The notes under the pieces are model-generated. The model was not told where the DNA came from, searched no databases, and saw nothing but the letters and a program-made list of their open reading frames with translations. A program made the position numbers and the translations under genes. Source: Chrysomallon squamiferum (Eukaryota > Animalia > Mollusca). Taken from it: a stretch of 64,000 nucleotides of DNA. Location of the stretch: NCBI GenBank assembly GCA_012295275.1, contig CM022670.1, positions 17,484,001 to 17,548,000 on the forward strand, given 5' to 3'. Positions 53,287 through 64,000 of the stretch are shown here, one piece after another. Numbering within the stretch: position 1 is the first letter of the stretch; every line of letters starts with the position of its first letter.

Positions 53287-56200
53287 TTAAAAAAAAAAAG
53301 TAATAAAAAAATAAACATTTTATAATTTATCTCAGAAATAATAAAAACCAGTCTGAAAATATATAATTACACAAACAGTGTACCTCACAAGATGTTCCTT
53401 TGTAGTTAGGAGGACACTGACATTGTTCAACATCGAGTGCAGCGTCTCCCTCCCCTGTTGCTGTTGCTTCCTCTAGAGACACATCGGTCAGTCTGAATTA
53501 TAAGCAAGTCAAAAAAAGGTTTTAAGTAACAGACTAAAATTCAAAATAAGTAACTGGTAATTTGCCACATCTTCTGTCTTTCAGAGATATTTTTAAATAT
53601 TTCTAATACTTCATACAAATGAAGAGATTATTTAAGGAGTTTATATTATTATAACTATCAACAAAGATTGGTATAAAACAAAATATCACCTGGACACAGA
53701 TTCATTTATTTTTCATTAACATCACCTTGTATATTTTATAAATCTAAACCTTGCTTTACTGTACAACAAGAAAACCACACACACCCACTAAACCTCAAAA
53801 TATTCACTATCAAAATACAAAAATCTTTAAAATCACTCCAAATACTTTGTCAGTCACTGACAATAAAAAGTTAGAAACTAACACTATAATAACAAATCTT
53901 ATTGCTTTTATAAAGTATTTTAGTATTCAGAAAATTAGCAGTAACTTATTTTTATGAATTAGAATTTAAATATGAAACTACAGTTATGAATACAGACCTG
54001 GCTTCATCTATGAGGGTGTAGTAAGAAGCTCGGATGTGAAGAGCCTGCAGGTTGACCAGGATCATCATAAACTGTTCTCTACTCACCTCATCATTGCTTG
54101 GCTGATGTACAAAGTTGTACTGAAATGAACAAATTTAAATCATCTTAGCTTCATTAAAACATAATTAAATAAACAACACCAAAAAAAAAAAAAAAAAAAA
54201 AAAAGTACATGTATACACAAAATAAACAAATAAACTAGAATTATAAAACACACAAATACACACATACACACATTTTAAATATTTACATACATACAGACAC
54301 ACATGCATGCAAACACAACATTAAATACTTATAACTAGAATGAAAAAATATGAACATACAAAACATTAAACAAACACACACAAAAATAAATAAATAAACA
54401 AATAAACAAATAAACAAAAAATAAATATATTTACCTCATAAAACTGAAGCATTACATCTGACTGTGCATTAGGTTCTGGCTGAACAGAGCTTTTATGAAC
54501 AATAGTCATATTGTTACCCTGAAATAATATTTGTAATTAAAACATATTTGTCATCCTGTATAAAAATACTTGGTTACTTCATTTTCATAATTACTAATTA
54601 TTTTATGATCGGAACAAGATTTAGTGAGAGATCTGCTGGCATAGGGACTAGTAAATGACAATCACAATATCAAATGTGATCTAACAGATCCATCAAAGAT
54701 TTATACATATAATGGCATGCCTAATGTAGATTATGGTATCAATGATTAGCTCAGCTGATGATGTCTGTCTTGCTATTAGTATGTTTTTATCAAAAAGACA
54801 TTTAGAGTGAGACTGCTTACAGTAAGAATGATGTCAGGTTTGATGAGAGGCTCTGAGTTGTCTGGTTGTTCTCGAGGAAGTGTGTACAGTACAGTGTATG
54901 ACAGCTTCCCTCCATATGACTTTATCTGTAATAACAAATATAAAAAATTCATATATCTCTATAAATATATGTACAAAGTATTTATCTAATATAAATATAT
55001 ATAACAAATATATATCTATATAAACACATATAAGAAATATATAATATATATATCTATATAACAAATATGTATCTACAGAAACACACATAACAAATACATA
55101 ATATAAACACATGTAAAAAACACATCCACATAAATATATATCTATGTTGAAAACATTTAACATTTCAGCCAATGTGAAAAATTATGCATATTTCATCTGT
55201 TTGTATCTTTTAATCTATGATATGCACTTTTCAAGACATAGAAAAAGTACCAAGTTTGTTCATTCATTAGACACAGGTTGGAATGGGTAAAAAGATACAC
55301 ACAGCCTACACTCTAATCATGAAATGATTTTAGTTTGACAAACCTTATTCCCCAGATATGAAGCAGGAGCGACCCAGTACATAGCATCCTGTGGGTCAGC
55401 AATGTTGTCCTTTGCTTTCACAGCAATGGTTCTCCCAGCATCAATCACAGCACCGTCCAAGGTGTTGGTTACTTCCCAGTCAGCCATGTCAGAGATCTGA
55501 AAACACAACACAAAACTAAACTCACAGACTGAATGACTGTTTATTAGATATGCAGATGTAATAGCTTTAATAGCTTTAATCGCTTAAATAACAATAATGT
55601 CAGCATCTGATATATATATAAATAAAAAACAAAAAATATATCAGCAATATATATGCATGTTTATACATCAGAGTGATTTGGAAATACATTTGAGCATGAA
55701 TTAACAAACATGATAAAATTATTTACTTTTGACCAGCAATTTTCTTTGTTTTTTTTTAACGTTATTTAACTTTGTTAACAATTCACATGTTTTTATGATG
55801 TTATTTCCATCTGTTAACGATTTGATTTACATTATTTTTATATACCTTATTCCAGAACATGGCTGAACTGTCACACCGGGATGTTGTTCCGAAACAGAAG
55901 CATTTTGTACAACCTTTAGGATTCTCAGGGTGAAGGTAGTACATGTCTGCAGCACAGGAGTCACAGCGAGGGCCTGTCACATGATCCTGAAAACAGTACC
56001 ACAGTTTACTCATCTAGTTGTTCTTAATTATTATTATTATTATTTTTTTTTAAATTCTGTTGCTCCTTTTCAAATAATTTGGAATGTTAAGCATCGAATG
56101 AATTAAAATATATACACTGGTCATAGATGTGTAATGAATTATGTAATCAAATTATAATCATTTATAAGTAAATACAGAGCTTTTACAGCTTCTGTATTTT

Positions 56201-57409
56201 CACAGGACCAAAATAGACTCATTTAGAATAATTCATTAATGTTTTTTGAAAAAGGACAAATAAAAATATTAGCTGAACTGTTACAGTAGTATTATAGAAA
56301 CAGAAAAAAAAATTTAATATATTGCAAAAACCAAAATTTAACACAAAAAGAAAAAAGAACCAACAACATTATTAAAATTCTCTTTCTTTTTCAAATAATT
56401 TATTGAAAATGTATTCTAAAATAACAGTCATTTTTCAAGTTTTTTTTCCTAACAATGTATCTAGGTTTCAACATAACAGATAAATAATGAGGATATTAAA
56501 CTAACAGTATATAAGGTGTTATTACCTTGCACAAACATTCTGAAGTTCTCTGATTACAAATGCCTTCCTGAGTCCCTCGAGGGTCACAGTCACATTTCTG
56601 ACAGTAAGGGAATGAGTGGTAACCTGGGTTACATGTGTCACAACGTCGTCCTGCTACATTTGGCTTGCATCTGACATACAGAAGAAAAATGGTCATGATT
56701 ATAAACCAGTGGTTCTTAACCTTTTATTTTTCACCATCTCATTTCAAATATTTTTTATACTATGATATATTTATTATTTAGTATAGTTATAGACATTTAT
56801 TTATTTTAAATATATAGCTTTTATAGTGAGCTTGTGTTCTTATGATGTTATTAGGAGATACTACAGTCCATGTTGAGAATCACTGATGTAAATTATCAAA
56901 GAAGATATACAAGAAATTAAAACCAGCTAAATACCATTATTTGTATTTAGTTATATTTATAATATAACTAAATAGTAAAATATTCTGCAATTTCTTAAAT
57001 TTTATTAATTTAAACACTGTTTAATGATATTGGAATAAATTTCTATATGAACAAGATCAGTGTTTTACTGTCAGGATATTATTTACATTATAAGGGGTAT
57101 CTGTAACAGACGTTTTTAAAGATGTATCAATTTATCTAACCCAATATTTCTATACCAGCAAGGTTCTTTTATTTTCTTCCAACATGCAAAACTCAGTATA
57201 TCACCAATATGTTAGTTATGTAATACTTGAGATATCTACTGTTTCATAAATGTTACATACCTGCACTGTCCTGATGTCTGGTCACAGTTTAAATCTTCAT
57301 CTTCCACTCCATACTGGTCACAGTTACACAGCTAAATACATAAATAAATAAATATATATAAGTAATTAAATAAACAAATAGATACTACTACTGCTAGTGC
57401 TACTACTAG

Positions 57410-57440
<31 letters not shown>

Positions 57441-60400
57441 AAATTAAATAAGTAAATAAATAAAATAAAAGAGCAATCTTCAAAAAACAAATTAGCCAAA
57501 ATGCTCCTCTTTTCTAAAATAAGTTAAAAAAAGGGGAAAAAAAAGAAGAAAAAAAAAAAATAACAAAAGCTTTTCAGTGAGTACAATTTTGCTTTCAACA
57601 AACAGTTAAGGAGTTTCTTTTCTTTCTTTTAACATTTATTCAATTAACAGTTATTCAAACATTATAACAAAAGATTTTTACCTGACAACCAATCAATGGA
57701 TCAAAGCCATATGTCTCAGGTGCACACCGGTCACATCGTTCTCCTTCAACTCGAGGTGGACAGATGCACTCACCACTGAACGGATGACACAAACCAAATG
57801 GACAGTTACAGGCTAAATGTAAGTAAATGCAAAGGATTAAAAAATTTAATAATCTATTAAAATCACATTTATTTAAATAAAAGCATTTAAAAATTTCAAT
57901 AAATGTTTTTGTTCCTTTTGTTCTAGGTAACCTGTAAATCACCTTGTTCGTCAAATAATAATAAAACCAATATGATTGGATATGACTGACCAAAACTCAT
58001 AACACCTCATAGAATATTAATTATTATCACCCAAGAAGATTCAACAAAGATGCAGAATGTCACACTTACGTTTACAGTTGGGAAAGCCATAGTTTCCAGG
58101 TTTACATGCTGTGCAGTTCCTGCCAATGACGTTTTCCCTGCACTGACACTGACCTCCGAATGGTTCACACGTAAAACTGAGCGACCCATCAATGTCACAC
58201 GAACATGGCAATGCACCGTTGTTGTACTCCGTGGTCAGCGTGAAAACACTCTCACGACAGAAGTCACTGTCAGACCTGTACAACATTATTAATAATACTT
58301 CTATAATGTAATAATATACTTTCATATTTGTGAATTATTATTTTTATAATTAGTGTGTGACAGCCAAAAATTAATTATGTAAAAAAAAATTCAGTATAAA
58401 TTAGGACATGTGCAAAATATTTTAATCAGGAAAATAGACACCACTGGTTTTAGTTCTTTGCAAACATGTTCATTATTTTGACAGTCTATTTTCTGATTAA
58501 CTGTTATTAGTTACAAAATCATTCTGTGCAGAACACATCAGGCAAAAAACTAGCACATCCACAACACAGTAGACTGTAAGAATAAATGCTGCACAGATGA
58601 TAAAGTGAAATGGAATGGATATTAACACATTTCCTCAATTTTAAAAAGATATACAATTCATTATCACACAAATTAATAAACTAGTAAATAACTGATATGA
58701 TAAACCAAATGACTAAATAAAGAAATTAAATTATGAGTATTATTATGAATAAAATAGACATCAAAAACTGTTTTAAAAAATTTAAGAAAAACAAAATAAA
58801 TCTTACTTCAGAATAAATCCTTCATCAACACACTGTTCCAGAAACTCTCCAGATTTATCAACAGGTTGAAGTTCAATGTCACGCAGAGTGAACTGGTTGG
58901 CAGGTGATGCCAACACATAGTCCTAAAATAAAACAATTTTCATCTGTTTTCAGAATTCAGATATTAACAATTTTATTAATTAAAAAAAATTGGAAAATAT
59001 TTTTATTTATTTGTGATTGTTTTATTATATATAAAATATATATTTATTTATTTATTTACCAGCCAAATTCTTCCTCCAGCAGTATTGTTGAAAACTAGAC
59101 GAACAGATGGATCTTTCAGTGTTATAATATCTCCAGTATCCTTGAAACGAATGGTTGCTCGGCAACCAGTCACACTGGGACAGTAAGTTGGAGTAAACAC
59201 CCCTAGAGTCAGAAATAAAAACAAAGTATAAACAAAGTATATCCTGCAACATATCTAAAATCAGAAATAAATATATTTAACTATTTTCTTTTCTATCTTA
59301 TATTCTTGTTTTTTAAAATTACTTTTACCACTTTTCTGTTTGTTTAGTTATTCAGAAATATGGTTACAAAAAACTGATGCCATCAACTTTAATAAACATC
59401 ATCGATTTATAATTCTAAAGCCTTTTCTCTTTTCATATCTTTGATGTTATTTCTACCATTACTAAATGTTACTATATGCAGTATATATGGGGTTAAAGTG
59501 TAATACAGAACTAATCTTACCATCAAACACTTGACCGTTGGCATAGACTGAGACAGGTATTGTGAGACCGACTTCTGATGGCATGTAGAAGTGTACCACA
59601 AACACATACTGGTTTGATCTTGTCACTGTCCCACTGATCTCAACTGTGGTCTGAAAGTAAAAAGTTGGCATGTAACTATAGAAAACACTATACAAAAAAT
59701 TAAAAAACCTGCAGTGGGCCAATAAATGGTGTTAGGTACAGAGTGTACAAGAATCATGAACAATAAATTAATTTTTACTGGGATGAAATCTGCAAGTGAA
59801 ATAAATAAAACAATAAATATTATTCTCTTATGATACCTCAACACATTTTATAATAATATATGAAAATAAATGCTATTGTATTGATTGACAGCAACAAATT
59901 TTTCTTTTTTTGGTACTTTTGCAACGAAGCACATACCAGACTTTGATTTAAAAAACAAAAGAAAGCTCCCAAAATAAATGTTCTCTTGTTTTTAATAACC
60001 ACCTATCAGAGACTGATGAGATCTACAGGAAAAAGAAATCTTACTTGTGAAGAGTTGAGGTAGACAAGACCGACATTGGGGTCCTGTACATTGTGAGGCA
60101 GATCTACAGCTCTGAGATGTTCATTACCCTCCTGCTCAAAATCAATTCTTAGTGATCCTACCGGTGTTGTATATGAAGAGTCCATGCAGCTAAAATTAAA
60201 TATTTTATAACATTATATTTAACAAGAAAAGTCAACTATTTGTTAACCTCTCAAAATAGCTTTAATATTAATGTTAACCAGATAGATATTTCAGAAAATC
60301 TAAAAAAATATTTATGAAAGAGATTTTAGTTTCACTCTATCTGAATGACAGAAATTATAAACAAATAGAAGAAGTTACTTAAATAATCTTATGTAAAATT

Positions 60401-63400
60401 GGTTTCTAAACCAATAAAATCTCTAATAAATTGGGGGGTTTTCATAAATAAGAAAAACTGAATATAAGTTTAAAATATAGAAAAACCAGGAAAAAGAAAA
60501 TAAAAACAAAGATTTTCAACTTACACTCCATTTAGGCGGATACAAATAATTCTTGGTTTGATCATATCTGTTTTCCATTTCTTGTAAGGTACAGCAACTA
60601 TTGAATCCTATGACACACAAAAATAATATTAATTTTTTTTTAAATGGCACTAAAGTTTCACTAATTCACTATTTTTTAGATGAACCTCACTGGGCTTTTT
60701 TATCAGCAGCTAAGAAACTTATACTTTAAACACACACACACAATTACGTATGTATGTATGTATGGCTGTCTCTATGTCTCTGTGTGTGTGTGTGTGTGTG
60801 TGTGTTGTGTGTATAGATTTATATATAATTTATATTTATGTCTGCTATATTTCTGTATAAATTTTATGTGCTGGTTTAAACTGACAAAAGAACTAACAAT
60901 GGCCACATCTGTGTTTTCATCTCCAGTGACTGTGATAGAGATGTATCCAGTGCTGATGTTAAAGATGGCCACCATTCCGTCTTCATCCTTCACAACTTGA
61001 CGACAAAGAGTGCTGAAATAAATAAATTATTAATTTTAAAAATAAAACATATCTTTAATACAGTTACATGAATTACATCAATGTAATAAAAAAAAACATT
61101 TAAAAAAAAAAGCCCAGAAAAGAGAAAGATGTAGATTGTTGTTCATCACTTTACAACATTGTGCAAGAATATATTTAATACAGACTGAAAACACACACAC
61201 ACACAAACACATGCACACACATGTACATATTTCACACTACAGACATGTGTACATTACATACATATGTAGATGCACACATACATCCATTGGTACATACCTA
61301 CACACACACACACAAACCAAGAAAAAGAACATTTCAATGAGTTAACAGTCAAGTGTAATATTGAAATATCAGGACTTTGAAAACACTGACATAAGTAACA
61401 GTTCCTACCTGTAATTACATGAGTTCAGGCTGATCATGGCCGACTCCCTGCCTGACAGTGAGGCAATGTTGACATTAAGATCCTGAGTCCTGCTGGTAGG
61501 GTTGCGGTAGTTGATCAGTAGGACGTACATGTCAGAATCAGGCACAACTAAGTCCATGTAGAAGAAAGTCTAATTGAATAATAATAAAAAAAATAATAAA
61601 TTTTAAATTTTAAAAATTTAAACTAATTATTATTAATGGAACAAAAAAGCTTATGTTCTGAAACAAATTTATTATAACTGATACTTTAATTATTTCTGTT
61701 AAATCATTTTTGCTGATGTTTTTTTTATAAAAAAACATCCCTGTAACAGTTTAACCTTTATTTTATTTATTTTTGTAACAAAAGTTACATTTTTACCTGG
61801 TTGCTGTTAACAAGAACAAGTCCTGTGGATCCAAGTTCCTGCAGAAAGTCACTATCGGTAAGCACTTTGGCATTGGCCCTTTCTTGGTCTACTATGATGT
61901 AAGCACTTTCTCCCCTCACTGTTGGATGGATTAAAATGTTTGGTTGTTCATAATGCAGGCATCTGAAATTACATACATTTTGACAAAAAACATCTTTATT
62001 ATTAAATAATTTGACAAAATAAAAAGCTATGATTAGATGATAAAATTATTATTAAAAAAAAATTTTTTTTTACTTTTCAATAATCTGTTTATATACCCCA
62101 AATAATGTTCAAACTGCAAAACCTGTCACATTTTGATTGTTTATTTATTGTTTTACAATGAACACTTTAAATACTATAGATAATCTCTTAAGGAATGCAA
62201 CAAGAAAAAAGCAAACACTTAAGTTGAGCATGGGAAAAAATAAAACAGTTTTTAACAAATAAAACTGACAGTGTTGAGAATGACTGTAACCCAAATGCTG
62301 AAAAACAAAAATAAATGTCACCACAAATTACTGGACAATTTGTTTGAAAATTAAATAAAAACAAAATTAAAAATAGTCATAATGATGAAAAATTCTCAAA
62401 TATGACGTTTCTGTATGTAACTAGTATTTGTGATATTTTCAAATACTTACGGTTCCTCATTGTCTGTCAAAGAACAAGGGCGGATAATTCTTTCCTGGAG
62501 AACACTAGCCTCAAAATAGCCTTGTGGAATCAGAACAAAATAGTCCTAAAACAAAACACACACATTTTAAGATAAATACTTTCTTTTTAACTCCAAGATA
62601 CATTAAATTAAAACAAAATCTACTGAAGAAATTTTAAATGGTGTGTGTCTATGTGAGTGTAAAATGTTTTGAATAAACTTTATAATTATTAAATTAAAAT
62701 TTTTAAAAAGAAATGTGATACAATGAAAGAATCTCAAAATTTTTAAAAATAATTTTATAAATAATAGTTAAAAAGACACCAAAAATTTAACTTTAAAAAA
62801 ATATATCAACACATCCATACAAAATTAAGTTTACCAAAAACACAGTCTCTGGAACTTTGGTGGACACTGTCCATCTTCCAGGATTCAACACAAAAGAAGT
62901 CCTCACTCCACCCTGTCCAACATTTGAGAAGGCGGGATCTTTTGATGGTGCAAACAGTACAGTACTCTTCTGTTCTATATCCCCTGATATTGTTGGTGTT
63001 AAAATCACTTCCCCTGTGACAGCGTTGTCGTTGTGGTTGATGTAATGATATATGACATAGTAAAGACTTGGCTTGGAGATGTCAATCTCAAGATGAACTT
63101 CAGGCTGTGAGAGAAAAAAAAAAATTCTTTAACAGAGTCAAAACATTTCTTTTCATTTTTTCATATTACTTTTTTTTCTTTTTTCATTTTATTTATTTAT
63201 TAATTTATTAAATTCTTTAGAGTAATTGATTCCTTCGTGTTTGGGAATGTAATTGATATTTCATCAAGAATCAGATTACATCGTATCAAATTTAAAAAAT
63301 TTCGAATCCTAATCATTGTTGAAAAACAATTCCAATACCACGTAAGCTGTTCTTTTCAGTTACAGAATACCTGAAAACCAGTAAGTATGGCATATCCTCT

Positions 63401-63527
63401 CCATGAATATCCTGGAAATTTTCTCTCATCATAACCGTATCGGACTCTGGCACCCTCTGGTGTTAAACCATCTTCAATTTCATACTTGTACTGATGAAGG
63501 GTTGGGAAGTAGTGTGCGTCAATTGGC
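32286..63527 (-). CDS. LanA: Laminin subunit alpha, alpha-3/5 class (LanA/LAMA5-like); 5' part lies beyond the window end
   Basis: 59 GT-AG exons total 8392 nt and are frame-consistent (~2,796 aa plus TAA at 32286-32288). Domain IVb: 63527-63371, 63104-62835, 62545-62451, 61962-61797, 61569-61409, 61012-60898, 60607-60525, 60189-60045, 59650-59521, 59202-59060, 58922-58807. LE repeats: 58275-58070, 57812-57682, 57331-57261, 56670-56526, 55986-55846. L4/IVa: 55496-55344, 54925-54821, 54518-54435, 54119-53998. LE repeats: 53492-53384, 52957-52844, 52653-52535, 51860-51774, 51587-51376, 51023-50923, 50597-50417, 50067-49930. Coiled coil starting CDECV: 49440-49289, 48750-48652, 48234-48123, 47767-47597, 47125-46929, 46579-46463, 46131-45974, 45667-45529, 45065-44972, 44472-44359, 44095-43916, 43393-43239. 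LG1-5: 42908-42738, 42266-42136, 41755-41608, 40414-40290, 39894-39548, 39204-39111, 38597-38480, 38244-38098, 37847-37702, 37366-37181, 36540-36416, 35980-35824, 35364-35175, 34773-34603, 34416-34263, 33659-33529, 33272-33173, 32937-32815, 32425-32286. The long IVb domain is diagnostic of the alpha-3/5 class. Confidence 0.96.
35452..35795. repeat. Compound (ACC/ACT)n minisatellite in a laminin intron
   Basis: Degenerate ~45-bp unit accaccactacttatactactataaccatcacctctactact repeated about 5 times. Confidence 0.85.
39905..40255. repeat. Degenerate ~45-bp minisatellite filling a laminin intron
   Basis: Unit aaatataaacaatgttgtagatgaaatccttatagtaacat..., about 6-7 copies. Confidence 0.8.
40542..41247 (-). 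mobile_element. Non-autonomous hAT (Buster/Charlie/SPIN-group) transposon in a laminin intron
   Basis: TIRs CAGGGGTGAGGAAAC and GTTTGCCCACCTCTG; perfect 8-bp TSD CAGTAAAC (40534-40541 and 41248-41255) with central TA; transposase N-terminal remnant [35 protein letters not shown] on the minus strand at ~40730-40838. Confidence 0.9.
48800..49250. repeat. Degenerate ~130-bp tandem repeat (about 3 copies) in a laminin intron
   Basis: gagaaatgaaata(c/t)(a/c)ca recurs at ~48865, ~48995 and ~49134; ttatacttctcaaaa and gtgctacagaat each occur twice. Confidence 0.75.
53221..53284. repeat. (AAT)n microsatellite
   Basis: Perfect trinucleotide run. Confidence 0.95.
56707..56885. mobile_element. Old hAT-type MITE (179 bp) in a laminin intron
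   Basis: TIRs CAGTGGTTCTTAAC and GTTGAGAATCACTG (12/14 match, Charlie/MER5-like consensus); degenerate 8-bp TSD TTATAAAC / ATGTAAAT with central TA. Confidence 0.6.
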
Positions 63528-64000
63528 CTTAAATAAATTAAATAAATCATCAGGTACCTAATAACACTTCACTCATTTTACTGTTAATAGTTGTTGGGTT
63601 TTTTTTTGGGGGGGGGGGAAAGATCAGTTTCTGATCTGTTACTACAACAATGTTGATACATTGTTTTGAATGATACTTTTTTTTAACAATACAGCTTTAT
63701 TATATCTATGAAGTACTTTACCAAGAAAACTCATTTACATGAATTCAAGTGTTTTTGAGAAGTAGAGCAATTTATATTTCTTAATAACAGTAATATGAAT
63801 ATGTAAGACTTAAACCTTGAAAAAAGTGTGTATTTCAATAAAAAAAAAAAAATTATTTATCACATAACTTCATTATTTTACTATTATATTTGTGTAAATT
63901 ATCTATTACACTTACATTTTGTATTCTATTTTCAATGAAGAATTTCACTTTATTTTGATATATACGTTTACCTCTTTCTGATTACTGTATTTATGTTTTT

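Noticed and set aside
61900-61925. Integrin-binding RGD in laminin domain IVb
   Set aside because: The sequence reads RGE (TVRGESAY), not RGD.
32286-63527. Non-canonical (GC-AG or AT-AC) introns in laminin
   Set aside because: All 58 traced introns are GT-AG.

Overview
AT-rich, microsatellite-rich, intron-containing metazoan DNA, probably a lophotrochozoan such as a mollusc (inferred from repeat content and gene style). There are no prokaryotic features. From right to left the window holds: (1) the 3' ~three quarters of a laminin alpha-3/5-class gene on the minus strand (59 exons traced by hand, in frame, ~2,796 aa in the window, 32286-63527, 5' part outside the window); (2) an intronless, stop-disrupted ankyrin-repeat pseudogene (~27170-28360, -); (3) a 9-coding-exon atypical protein kinase gene (20012-25746, -, 451 aa) with no Gly-rich loop and DWE in place of DFG; (4) a nest of decayed transposons (L1/Tx1 ORF2, FLYWCH-MULE transposase, Gypsy integrase, LINE RNase H, possible DIRS gag and pogo end); (5) a large inverted repeat (5072-6937 / 8982-11580); (6) an uncharacterised 4-exon, 208-aa gene (2213-4597, -). 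The inverted repeat is the most unusual structure. Its arms share a near-identical CpG-rich promoter-like core and twin inward-facing exons, and they enclose retrotransposon debris, so it is a candidate convergent-promoter or hairpin dsRNA locus. All family assignments come from motif recognition, not database searches.
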